Positions 22,180 to 35,489 of a stretch of DNA of 64,000 bases are shown piece after piece. The stretch comes from Trichoplax sp. H2 (Eukaryota). The stretch lies in contig NOWV01000274.1 of assembly GCA_003344405.1 (NCBI GenBank), positions 1-64,000 on the forward strand, read 5' to 3'. The translations under genes were made by a program, and so were the position numbers. Numbering within the stretch: position 1 is the first letter of the stretch; each line of letters starts with the position of its first letter. The notes under the pieces are model-generated. The model was not told where the DNA came from and searched no databases. It saw only the letters and a program-made list of their open reading frames with translations.

Positions 22180-23315
22180 ATGAAACTTTGGACGCTAATC
22201 TTATTGCTAACTTTGTCGCTGCAAGAAGTTCATGAAATATACGTATATCATAAGATCATTTCTACTTTAATGTCAGAGACCTATTCAGAAGATAAAGTTG
22301 ACTAACCTGAATACCACTACAGTAAATGTAGCCTAGCTCAAATATCTTTCAGGATTATATATCAAACTTAATCAACATATATTATCAGTAATAATCTTGC
22401 AAATTGCGATAGTTTTAATCAATTTTGATGTTGTATACAATAAAAGAGCATATACTACAAAATATTATTAGCAGTAAATCATAGTCTTATTTATAATACT
22501 TCTGTATGAAAATCCGTCGTACAGAAATAAATAAATTTTAATTCATTTCCAGTGACTTGATGCATGTTATGCACGGATATTTAAGCCATCCATTGTTGTT
22601 GGTCTATCTTCGGTATAGATAAATATGAAGTCAACTTAATTTTGCAGTGACAATTATATTATACGGTACTCAATGATTTACGATGTGTCGGCCATGTTAA
22701 AATGGGAAGTATTTGGTCTTTGACAACGTGATCGCCCGTATCATGTCTACCGCAACTTTATGTCGGAGGAAGAATATGTGTACATTAACTGTACACCCTT
22801 GTTGTTTCATGGTAGGACAGGAATAAGATGATGAAGCCATATGAAATACTAGGCTATAACTACTATAATCCAATTGATGAGTTTAATCCTAACTGGTCTA
22901 GTTATCGCATGTCGAAGAGTCGGATGGAAGAAATACGAGATTTAACAGGAATAACTCCCTGAAGGCTAACAAGTAATTTCGATTCAGTACCACTTGATTG
23001 TCGAGATTATGTACGAGGTCAATTTGCAAACTTTGATTTCCCTACTGGAGATTTTAACGTTGTCAGTTGGTCAACTACGCTAACATACCGGGATCAGGCA
23101 GTGTAGACTGCAGATTTTATTATCAGCAATTTTTCTATTACATCCTTACGTAACGTGGCTACGAAACTAAAACTTGTGGAATCACGTTTATAGATGGCAA
23201 TTATGCCGAATTAACTAAAATAAGGCATCTATTCAGCTATTTCATCTCAAGTAGTGCCAATCTTGACTTCCGATGTAATCAGAATGACGAAACGTCAACT
23301 AATTTATGGTTTGAA
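22180..23315 (+). pseudogene. Pseudogene B of the secreted Cys-containing family
   Basis: Signal-peptide exon MKLWTLILLLTLSLQEV at 22180. Later fragments are RPYHVYRNFMSEEE, GYNYYNPIDEFNPNWSSYRMSKSRMEEIRDLTG, DCRDYVRGQFANFDF and DFRCNQNDETSTNLWF, with frameshifts and stops. Confidence 0.7.
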
Positions 23316-25296
23316 GCCATATATTCTATCTAGCAAAGCTATTAATTAAGAATACTCGTGATCAACGGCATGATACTCGTACCCTATTAGCCGAATAGTT
23401 TAGTTCCTATTCCAATACATAATGTTATAAATACCATCATCATTTTCTTTGCTTTTCTGAAACAATTATTTATAAGTACAGCAAGTAAATAATGTTTATC
23501 TTGCAGGCTGAAACTTTAATTAAAATTTAATCTAGATATAACTATACAGATATACGTGTTGCAATATTTATATTTTCCATCTCTAAATAATTCAAACAAC
23601 GATATTTATAATTAAAGTTGCAGTCAAAAATATTTTCATTGCGATCACCGAGATGATAGTCATCGACATAAGCAATATCTTAATATCTATATACACACTC
23701 AGTAACTCTTTTTTTCGCTCTCCTAATAAAACGTTTTCCAATGTTTTCATTTAGAATGATGGTATCTGTACTATATAGAATTAAAATATTAAAGGGCGAG
23801 TTTAAATCAGTCGATTAAATTTCAGTACGCCTGTAAATTTTGGTATACTCTTGAAATGTTACTCTCAATAGATATAGTAACTAGTATATTAAGCTGAGAC
23901 TGAATTTTATGCCTCGAATCCTATTTAACCAACATTTATAGTATTGTGATAAAGTGTCTAATCTACTGTAAGTTTAATAAAAAATGAAACCTCTATATCT
24001 TAGGAAAATAATTTACTTAATTCACTTTATTATATGGGATTACGTCTTGTACCAATCAACCTTGTTAATTATTCTAACTTACTTTGCATTCATTGGTGTT
24101 ACAGCACCTTAACCAGATATTTCTAAGCAGAGCTACAATATTTACGAGTACTGTAACTAGTTAGCCTTATTTAGCTCATTGACCTTAATTAGAATCATAT
24201 CACTCTACAATCTCTCAATCTATGGTTTTCTACTCACAATTTTCACAATCTATTAAGCTATATTTGAGGCTACGCTACAAATACAAATAGAGTAATCTGA
24301 GCATTTGGTAGGTTGAGAAATGCAGTCAGGTTAAAATTTGGTGGCAGAATAATATTGTATTGGAAACTACTACCTCTGTTAATCTCAATTTTTTCTTAAT
24401 CTTCAGTAGTTAATAGTATCCTGACGAGATTTCCTGACCATAAACATCCTGTATGATTGCTAATTTGATTAGTATGAATTTACTCTCCTTTCCCAAATGT
24501 TGCATTGTCTATTCTCTGTCGTCTGTAAAATTGATTTCTATACGTATATTTGATACTTGGTTATAAGCAAATATTATATGTGACTGCTGATTTCGTTGTT
24601 TCATAACGATGTCTTCTAATTATATCATGCTTGTAAGCTATCAAACTGACAATTTCATGAGGGTTCTAAACTTATGATTCTGAACAAAAACTATTGTTTT
24701 GTCATTTCAAGCAAGTACTGTAGTACAGGCTTGTTTACCAACACATGAATTAGTACGTTATGACTCATATGATGGAATGGCCTTTCTTGTACAGCGTTTT
24801 TCATGGACAATTTTAGTAGCTTGATAAAACTGTATACCGTTAAGGACGTAGCCACCAAGAAGCAGCATTATCTATAAACGTGCCGATCAGAAGCAGTAAT
24901 ACTCATTCAACAAATAAAACGTGATTTTCCGAGAGTAATCGTACAGTACAATCGGCAATAAGTTGTAGTCAGGAAAATGTCGGGTAATTATATTATTTCT
25001 TGCAGCTACTCTTTGGAATCAAGTCTGCTTATGTATTCTATTTTTACATCATACTATAAACTTTTCAAATATTACAAGTTTGCTAATGCATAGAATAAAC
25101 ATTTATTATTCTATACCATAAGCATGTAATACAGAATACAGTAATAAGATGTCATGATAGAACGAAAAAAATCGTCACTTTGACAAGATAGGCTAAGTTT
25201 TAACCGTGAGCTACTGCATAGCAAGGATAACAGGCGTTATCACATATAATATCCTTCATACTAATCCAACAGCAAACATTACTTTAAACAATTTAC

Positions 25297-25630
25297 TTAA
25301 ATTCTTCCAGCAAAAGTTCCATTTTCTACTTGTTCATCCCATTGCTCAACCTATAGCGGCAAGTGTATCAAGACAAGAAAAGTTAATTATCACCCATTAC
25401 GCGCATATTGACTAACAAGGATCAATTTTTTCATTTACCCAATGATTGGGACACATTATTCTGTAGATCCTTTTGAAATACTGACAAGCTTCGAAATCTT
25501 CTCCTTTCGCCTTAATACATCTTTGATAGTCAACATAATTTTGCCAGCAGTTCTTGGTTTGATTAGTGTTGGGAAATCGGTTGTCAAAAGGTGCCGTCTT
25601 TAAAACAATCTTTTCTTTCTCTTCCGACAT
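25297..25630 (-). CDS. COX6B: Cytochrome c oxidase subunit 6B (two coding exons: 25630-25439, 25350-25297)
   Basis: [28 protein letters not shown]...C.YF...Y...[21 protein letters not shown], with the Cx9C/Cx10C pattern and a GT-AG intron at 25438-25351. Confidence 0.97.
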
Positions 25631-26729
25631 TATCTACTGAGCCAAGGCGTAAAAATTTAGTACATAAGTCATGAAACAAGCTAGAAATGTAAACACAGGT
25701 TAGACTACCCCAAGGACGCTAATATTAATATGATGCTGCACTTGCGAGAAGTAAACACTTCCTTCCACTACTGTCACTAGCACAATGTAGCAGCACTTTG
25801 GAAAACTACACAATTTTAATCATGACGGTTGAAATAGAAGAAAAGAATGGAGATGCTATTCATTCAAGTTGGAGCCATGTCCATTCCTCTACCTGATGGC
25901 ATAGCTGGTGAAAGAAATTGCTTCTATCAAGCGCATATTTCCATACAAAAATGGAGATAGTAGGCAAGTCAAAGCTATGTCATTTTATCGTTTTGCGTTT
26001 GCTAGCGAAACTGTAGTACCAAGCGTCCACTCAATGCAACCATTTAGTTTTCAAATGATCTATAAAGTATCAACAGGCAGTATTGTCTATCAATGAAGTA
26101 AGTTAGCCCAGTTTTGATAGGCCTCCTGGACATTTCAAATGGTTTAATATTACAAATTGCTGATATTGAAGGGTTAGCAAAACAAGATTATCCACTGTAT
26201 GTAACAATGCTTCCAATATAATATTTTAGTATCAGTAGCAAAGTGGTCGTTTACTGGATGGCGATTTTAATCCTATCATTTGCCTTTGATAACTTATTTC
26301 GTATCCATAACGATGGACTGAATGAAAAGCCAGAAGAAAAGCTTGCAAGACCGTTTCAAGTGTGCTACTATTCTGTAAGCATTGCAATGAACAACGATGG
26401 ATTGATTCTTACTATCATTATTGTCGGTTTGAAAAAGATGCGAAGATGGCTGCCTCCTTGCAAAGGAGAAAGAGCCATCGACTCATGCAAACATGCTTGT
26501 AGTTGTCTACTATTTACATTTTAAGAAATGCTATTCTAACTCAGTCAAGATCGATCGGTTTGATCGATGATTAGACTAGTTCAATACAGTTCTACTTACA
26601 CAAATTGGGCTGGATTGGCTTAGCGAGTAAAAATCAAAATGGAGGACCGCTGCAATGCTAAAATGAAATGGCAGATGCTAAACACTGGACTGCAGTGTGC
26701 GCAGTACCACTGGCAGCCGTGTTCCTGTA

Positions 26730-27120
26730 CGTGAGTACTGTAGCCCTGCGTGCAATGTACTGTAACCCTGCGTGCAATGTACAGTAGCTAGAAGTACGAT
26801 ATAAAATCTCTGACGATCCGACAGGGGTTTTCACCTTTTTTACGGTCGTACATCGGCTGCATGACTGTGCTCGTGTAGCTGTACTGTTGGTACTGTAGAG
26901 CTACAAGGTTTTCTACTGTACAGTGTACAGTACGGTACAGTACAGTACTGTATAACGTGAGGAGCTTTTTGCTACAGTACTGTGTAGTGTAGTCGAGTAC
27001 GGTCCGGTTCGGTCCGGTTCGGTACAGTAATTTAAAGTAAGTAGTGCAGTGCTACAGTGCTGTGTAGTATCTGTCGACTACCGTAGAGCGCAGTTCGGTA
27101 CAGTACAGTACGGTAATTCA
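26730..27120. repeat. Low-complexity (CAGTA/CGGTA/TACTG)n pentamer-rich tract
   Basis: Includes tacagtacggtacagtacagtactg and cggtccggttcggtccggttcggtacagta, plus a 21-bp direct repeat (ccctgcgtgcaatgtac) at 26745-26785. Confidence 0.75.
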
Positions 27121-28435
27121 AGTCTACGTGACGTTCATGCGCGACCATGGCGACGCTAAATTCGATAGACGTCTTCTCGAACACGAAGTTCGAGCCTGTA
27201 TTAACTCAAGTCAAGTAGAGTATGCGTACAGACAGACAGTCGTACACTACTATGACCAATGTTGGCCATGCCGCATGCGTATACCAGTTGCAAGCTGCAC
27301 TAGGATTTGTATGAGAATGGTTCAAGATTCATATACTGAATTGACTGTAATACAGATGTTCCAGATTCGTTTGGTTGGTTACTACTGTAGTGGGTGACCA
27401 GTTGAGAAAATACAGTAATTGTAGAGCGACTTTGGAGTCGTACCGGTACGTTACCGTTTCCAAACCGTATTAGAAAGCGTGATCCACTTACTAACATCGA
27501 ATAGGTCAGGGCACTCAGGATGTACTGTCATGGATATATTGGACAGTTAGATAGAACTAGTGCAAACTCCCGTCGCTTTGCTAACGGTCTAGTAGTCTAC
27601 GAGACTGCCAGTAAGGGCAGCTGTAGACTGTCAGAATGCGCGATATTCACTCTACTCACTTTACTGTACTTACTACTTACAACGATCTACCACTATTGTA
27701 CAATGTACAGTATGGCCAAATTCACAACAAAATGGGGCCGCAATAGAAGTGGCTACGGACTGGTCTCCTTGGTAACAACGCTTTCAGTACAGTACAGTAC
27801 TGTACTGAAAGTTCAGCATAGCCATATCTTACGCTAATGTTGGATGGACGGACATCCGTCTGAAAAGGATCGATACTGTACCAAGATGGAATAGAGGGAG
27901 GATGGATGTGGCAATCTACTATTCTATGAAGCTAATGCGACTGCAGTATATAAAATACATCTTCAAAAATGCTCTTCCACTGTCTATAATAGAGTCCATA
28001 AGTACACAAAAGTCATAATAGCTAAATGGAACGGAATATGGAACTCTAGAAATACAGAAGGTACCATTCTACTGTACCAACCACAGGGAGAATTTAGGAC
28101 AGTGATTGGACACTGTACAATGTACAGTACTCTCCAGTTTGGCCTAGTCAATATTACAGTACTGTAGAGGTCAAGGATTACTCAATCAAAATGCTACCGC
28201 GTACCATTTTGATTGAGTAGCCGTTGTCGAGGTCCTTGGACCAGCGAACATAAAGGGTATAAATCGATCAGGTACATATTTACATGTACACGATGTTCAG
28301 GTATGACATGGTCAGGGCTTGTAAAAGAGAAAAAAAGAATTTCTTCCTCTCCAACTTTCTGCCTTGTACCATGTTGACCATGCACATACTGTAGACTACA
28401 GTACTCGAAGTCATTGCTAAAACAGTCACTAGGCT

Positions 28436-28512
28436 GAAGAGAGAGAGAGAGTGAGAGCGTCCGTCCATCCTCAACGAACACCCCATCGCCTAGTGCAGTT
28501 CGCGCATGCGTT
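28436..28512. promoter_or_regulatory. Putative promoter upstream of LENG8: (GA)n tract and NRF1-like GCGCATGCG motif
   Basis: cgcgcatgcg at 28501-28510 in locally GC/CpG-richer sequence, with a donor-like cag|gtaaat at ~28704 suggesting a 5' UTR exon. Confidence 0.4.
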
Positions 28513-29314
28513 CTAGTTGCACTAGTCTAGGAAAAAGACGAGATCAAAAGCCTTTGTCATCACTGTCTGATACAGGACCCAAGACGCTTATACTAAATAG
28601 TATTCCAACGCGTGGTAAGAGAAACGCCATGAAGAATCATTCAGTCGATCGCCAGCCACACAATATTGATCATTGCAGCTGAAAGTGGATTGCATTTCCT
28701 GCAGGTAAATTGCAGATTCTCCTTGCTATACATCATTGAAATCACACTATTCTCCTCCATTCTATTGATTAACTTGATCCTCTTGGTGTAGAATCGATCG
28801 TGAACTTGCATTGGCTATCTTAAGCCAATCGATCTTACCACAAAAGGGACATCCAAGAGTAAGACCAGCACTACAGCTGCTGGCAAATGAATGATCGTCA
28901 ACTGCAAGTGGAAAAGGGCAAACCAAACTCTTAGCAGCTATCTCAAAAGTCAAGATCCCATGCTCGATACGAGTGATAGTGGAAAAAGTCCAATTTCAAT
29001 CGTGTTGATCCTTTCTTTCACTTCTTTATCTTAGACTACGCAAAACCATCATTGACGACAGGTTGATTACCTCATGATGCAATAGAAGACTAACCCATTA
29101 TTCATGCCATCATCGTTTTGCCATTTTGAAATAGTATTATTGCAACTTTTCAACGATCATTACAGCAACAGATCAAAAACGTGCTAGCAGTTGATTCTCC
29201 TTCGTTTACTCATCTTTTCTCTATACAAACTTCAATTCAGTTTTGAAATTGTATTACAATTGACCAAATCATTTAGTCAAAGCAGTTACTTGTTACGGTG
29301 ATCATAGCCTTAAG

Positions 29315-32300
29315 ATGTGGTCAGGTGGCTGGAATGCGAATAATCCAGCGGCTACTTCTCAATGGTAAGTCTTGGCTAATGCCAGTTAAACTGAGAATGG
29401 ATATAATCGATTATATCAATAGTTCTCCTCTAGTCACCAGGTCAACTCAATTAAATAGGAAATGATTACAAAACTCGACTTAACGGCTATTGAATTTCCT
29501 GTTAGAGAAGCTATTGCCATGAGCATGATTCACACATTTCCACTTGAATTGACAATATTATATTGAATCAGCGTTAATTGCTCCTAATATAATAATCTTG
29601 ACCACGATAGGATTGCGGTCAGCTTCACTTGATGGCAAATGCGTTAGTTAATTTAATAAGAATTCATTAGAATCATCCGTTATTTATCCTGTAGCAGTAA
29701 TTCAAAGTCATTTCTATCCTTCGATAAGTCCATATCATTCGTATTAACCGAATGATCATGCTAGTGAAGTACAATCAATGGTATATTAACGACGCTATTT
29801 TGTGATATTAAACTTGCAGGTCTCAAACTTATCAATATGGTAGTAGTAATACAACGACATCAACTCAGTCTACTACCAATACCACAACAGCATCGACTGA
29901 AAATCCAGAATGGGAAAAGGCTAGAAAAGCTCTGCAAGCAGCTAATATTAATACTTCTAGTTCATCTACTTCCACAACAACGAGTAGTGTTGCGAATAGT
30001 AAATCACAGCAGCCTGCCAATCCACAGCAATCTTACTATCAAGTACCTCAGTATCAAATGCAATATTCAGGGTAAGTAAGCCGGTAGAATTAGCAAAACT
30101 ATCGTGATGTCATATCTTGTCACTTCCAACGATCTAAATGCAGTATAGAGGACAAGATCTTATCCCAATAAAATCTTTTCTTGTTATTGCTTTCTCGTTA
30201 ACTTTGACATCTGTACAGAAAATACATGTAAGTCATAAATTCACGACCTTAACTGTAGTAATTGAGTATCCTAGATGGAGAAAATGACGTAGATCAAATG
30301 TGGTCGCCTTTTCAATAGTAACTTATGTATTTGAATCTATACTTGTGAATATTACTTTTATGCTGCAGTATACGTAATATTAATATGCTTGCACAATTGC
30401 TATAGCGCTTTTGAAATTCCATTAATCTTGCCCATTTGATTATATTCATCAAGGTATGGAGTATATGGTAATTACACAACATATAGCCCATATACTTCGA
30501 CACCATTTTATCAAATGGTAAGAATTTACCCTCTATAATCTGTAAAGATTCATTGCAAGTTTATATTGTTGTGAGAAGACGAATTAGATATCATTTGAAG
30601 ATGTGTCTCTCTTGTACTAATCATAATCAATCATCTTCACCTTTCATGGCTAGCCGCCAAATGTGCCACCCATGAGACTACCTCGTCCGACTTCAAATTT
30701 ATCCTCAACGACTTCTAAATCTACAGCTCCTACCAATAACATGCAAAACAGGACTGTCGAAAGCAATACACCTAACCAAGCAAGAAATCCCCCAATTGCA
30801 AATGTCATTAGACCTAATACAACTCGACCTAACGTTAGACCTAATCTGCCAAGTCCTAAATTGCCCCGATTTGGTTCTCCTTCGATCCCACCTGATCAAA
30901 ATCGTACCACTCCGGTCAAAAGTAAGATCAACTTTCGAAATTGTGTCTTTGATTTGAACACGCTAGTCCTTTGGCCTAGTATATATATACGATATATACC
31001 ATGATAACTTTCTACATGGATGAATAGACTACATCAAATAGATCCACAAAAACCATTATTTCTGTTGAACTATACCCTTTTTAAAATCCGCAATCGGATA
31101 ACCTGATCTTCAATTTATCATAACATTTTTAGGTAATGTAAATACGGCGCCTGCTTATACTGTCAAACACAAGTTTAACATCGTAACGAAAAAACCACTA
31201 AATCCTGCTCCTGCCGCCTTTCGGCCAGTTGACGATGATGAAGCATTTTCATCTTCTGCCAATACGAAAAATCAAGAATCAAATTCAAATGATAGTGCAA
31301 TGGATGCCAGGTAACAATTCCAACACCAAAACAAAAAGATATTGTCTTTTCCTTCCCTCCAAAATTTGCGCTAATTTCAAATTCGTTTGAATAAATTAAT
31401 CAGTCTTAAGATTGAAGTCTGTACTAACATTTTTAACTCCCATCATTTGTTAAAACTGTTTCATTGGACAACATTGCAATCCAGTAAGTGGCCTCCTCCG
31501 CTACGGTAATATGATATTAATTGAAAATATATTATGTATATTGTACACTTTTATCCTAATTCTTGCAAAGTTGTTTGTTGGTAAACGAAAGTAGACAAAT
31601 TTTCGATGAAAAGAATTAAAACTTATACCATCTATTTTACAGTGATTATATCCATCGGGCTTTCAAGCAATGCCAGGACGAAAGGGATAAAGATGTAGTT
31701 GAAAAATTTTTGAAAAACACATTATCGAAAAAATTTCAAGATGGAACAGCTTGGTCAACGAACTGGGACAATGAACCGTTACCTCTGTAATTTACAATTA
31801 AATGAAATCGTTTTAGTTTTACAATATCCAGATGTATAAGCTCTACTAACTCATGCATCTATAACTATCTAGCCAGCAGAACAAACAAAAAAGAAAACGT
31901 CCTCCGTCTCGATGGGATCTTGAGTCTAGGAGCGATAATCTCAAAAAGGAAAATAATGCTGAAAGCCAATCTTCCCTATCAGATCGATTACGTGGTAGAC
32001 TTGGTGATAATCGCGAAAAGCCTGTTGCTCGTAATTCAGAAGAATTTATTCCATTGGAAGCTTCAGGGAAAAAGAAAAGGAAAGGCAAGAATGCTAACAG
32101 GAAAGCAGTACCCTTACCGAATAAGTATGTAGTATGACTATAATAGTGTATAAGAGCGGAGATAATGGTAGCAATTTAAAGCTGGATATGCAAATTCGAA
32201 CTATGCTTAATACGGGCATTATTTTTTCATTGATTTTCGAATTAGTCCGATGTTTACCAAGAACCTCGGGAACGATCAACGTAAAGAAGAAAGAGGAAAA

Positions 32301-33748
32301 AGATTTCAAAAACCTAACAAAGCGCCAAATTTTCAGCGTGTACGTCATTTAAATTTACTATACTTGGAATAACAGAATTAAATTGTTTACCTCCTTGAAG
32401 GGAATTTAAGTACAATGCTCATTTTTATAGATTAATCATAATGAAGAGGAAGTCAATTGGAATGATTTTGCAATTGTTGGCACTTGTGCCGATATTGAAA
32501 AACAATATTTACGATTGACTACGGTAACTTGATTTCATAAGCATGGATTACAACATCCACTATTTTTTCATGTTATTCTAACATCCATTATTTCTTAAAT
32601 TAACAAGGCTCCGGATCCTTCCACTGTAAGACCTGTTTCTATATTAAGAAAATCCCTACAACACGTCAAAGCAAAATGGAAAGAAAATCATGACTACGTA
32701 TATGCCTGCGAACAACTGAAATCAATACGACAAGATCTTACGGTAACTTTGCGCATTTTGGTGACAAAATTGCTTTTAAGATTACATTTGTTAGTAAACA
32801 ACCATCATTATGTCTACGCTCGATTAACTATTTGCTTATTGTGATATTTAATTTTATAGGTACAATGTATTCGTGATGCGTTTACTGTTACAGTATATGA
32901 AAATCACGCAAGGATTGCTTTAGAAAAGGTAATAAAATTAGAATATCGAAGTCTTTACTGTATGTACACTACTGTGGCTATAAGTAACCTGATAAATTCT
33001 TGGTTCGATTTAGGGAGACCATGAAGAGTTTAATCAATGTCAGACACAATTAATATCCCTGTATGCCGATGCAATTGAAGGAAGCGTAATGGAATTTACT
33101 GCCTATAGAATAATCTATTACTTGTTTACCAAAAAATCTTTAGATATCCTTTTTTGTCATAATCAAAAATATTTCTTACACCAATAACAATATATTGATG
33201 CTTAAATTACAATAAGTCAGTAATAATATATTATAATCCTTAATCTTACGTACAGATAAGTTCTGTTTTGTCACTTCTATCTGATTCAGTAAAAAAGGAA
33301 TCGGTGATAAAATACGCCTTAGCAGTTCGATCCGCTTGGGAGTTATCCAATTATCATAGATTTTTTAAATTGTACCTAAAAGCACCATTAATGACGGGAT
33401 ATTTAATAGATATGTTTGTCGATAGAGAAAGACTACTGGCTCTAAAAATAATTTGTAAAGCGTAAGTTTTTGTCAATGTTTGCATTTAAGCATTGTTGTA
33501 GGGTACTTTTTTAAAGCAAGGTATAGAAATATTTTAAATATTGTTTTTTACTACCATTTATTTTTAAAATACTGGAATCTTACAGTTATCGCCCTCAAAT
33601 TCCTGTCGTGAAAGTAATGGAAGAATTAGGATACTGCAATAAAGATGGTTGCATTAAATTTCTACGCGAAAACAATGTGATCATTAGTAAGGATGAGACC
33701 TATATTGACACAAAACAAACGCATAATGTATTGACTAGCCTTGGATGA
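29315..33748 (+). CDS. LENG8: Leukocyte receptor cluster member 8 homolog (SAC3/GANP/THP3 family, PCI domain), multi-exon
   Basis: Spliced translation contains [102 protein letters not shown] and [26 protein letters not shown]. The stop is TGA at 33746-33748. Confidence 0.95.
33144..33253 (+). other. U12-type AT-AC intron in LENG8
   Basis: 5' ATATCCTTT, branch TCCTTAAT at 33237-33244 and 3' ..GTAC. Removing it joins ...KKSL-G|AG-ISSVL in frame with ORF 33268. Confidence 0.9.
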
Positions 33749-35489
33749 AAAATTTCAAGATTAATCTAAATATTGAATTGAGTTCATTTTGTCTTAATTA
33801 CACTGATATTATACGGCCTTAAAATTTTTTCTTTACTGCATGAGACAATTGCATTGATGACATTTCAATTACCTGACTTTGATGAGCTCACACTTGCACC
33901 GATCAATAAGTGACTCTATCGGATGTTATATCAGCAACACATGTTCCATTTTTATGATCTTCTGACTAATACATGAAATGTGTATGATAACGGTGTAGCA
34001 TTTACACATGATTTAATAGCAAAAACGCGATTTACAACAAATTACTTTGTCATTGAATATGAAATTAATACAACTTAATTTGAGACCATATTCTTTTATG
34101 ATAATATATGTAAATAGATATTTATATGCTGCATATAATGATGGTGTTATCGTATACGCCACAAACTATATGTGTACTATCTTGTATTTATAGCTGGACC
34201 TACTATTAGTAACCTCATTTTTAGTATTGATTAATGTACTATACTGTAGTATACCGATATTGTTCTTCGTTTTCATTTATGCTCTTAGATAATGTTGTGA
34301 CTAATAACAATTTTCTATCATGGATATTAATTGAGAAGATTATAATTACTGTGACGTTATAGACATAATTTAGTACCTTATTTGGCAGATTTGTACATTC
34401 GTAAGTAAAATTTATTTTGGTGTTGTTATTGATTAAAGTGCCATTGTAGTGGCTTTTCGTTAGGGTTGTTTGGCGAAGGGTGTTTACAATATATATTTGG
34501 AGGCTGTCATGATAACAGGTTTAATTGTACTATCTCCATTAATCAATCAATAAAAGCTAATTTAAGGAGAATCATCAGGCTTCCTAAGTCAACCTTTTCT
34601 TGACAATCAGTATGAACGTGCCCGTTTATTAAAATAAATAAAAGACTTCCGCCAGGCACTCCAAAACTAGTGAATTTCACTCAAATTCTACAACATTGTC
34701 GACGTACCGTATTTCAGACTTACCACTTCCTCCTATTTATACTAACCTTTTTAGCAACAATAAAATAGAAATGAATGTACTGTTGTGCAACATCCAACTT
34801 TAATTAACTACAAATTCATTCACTGTAAACTTTATTCTAGCTAAATAGCTCGAAAGGCAAAGATTCTCCCTCCATCTCCAAAATTAATCGCACAGTATTT
34901 GTTTTGAATCATTAAGTTATTACGATTTCCTTGCCTAGATTAAGCGTGACCAGAATAACACCGGCTCGTGATAATGGTACGCCATCTGTAGGTAAAAAGA
35001 AACCCAAAGGAAATCTAGACACCATATGTTGTCCAATCTTTTATTTTCCTATATACAATTTAGCGTGAATAATCGTAGACGGGATGGGTTTACCCATGCT
35101 TTGATAGGTTTATATCAAGGTCAATATTAAATTATGGGACTGTAAATATACGAATAGATAAAATGATTAACTTTCAATGCTATTATATTTAGTCGTCTGC
35201 TAATGCGTTTACCTAATTTAATAAAGGAAGGAAATAAGTCTCGATATAATATCTATCTATGTACTATATTGAGTGCTCGCTTTCCAGATGAGGTGCCTTT
35301 TCATTATAACAATAATTTAGTCATTGATTGAAATTTTTATAGATAAACATACGCGTATTCTACTGTAATATAAAAGCTAACTGCTGGAAGCAAGCTGTTC
35401 AGTTGTGATAATATAGACTAGTAGAGCATTAGAAAAAACTATCATTAGTTGCACTTACTGGTTACAGCTAATTGGTATCGGCAGTAGAA

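Noticed and set aside
27128..28953. Several short ORFs between COX6B and LENG8
   Set aside because: They overlap on both strands in GC-richer promoter/UTR sequence and show no recognisable protein features.
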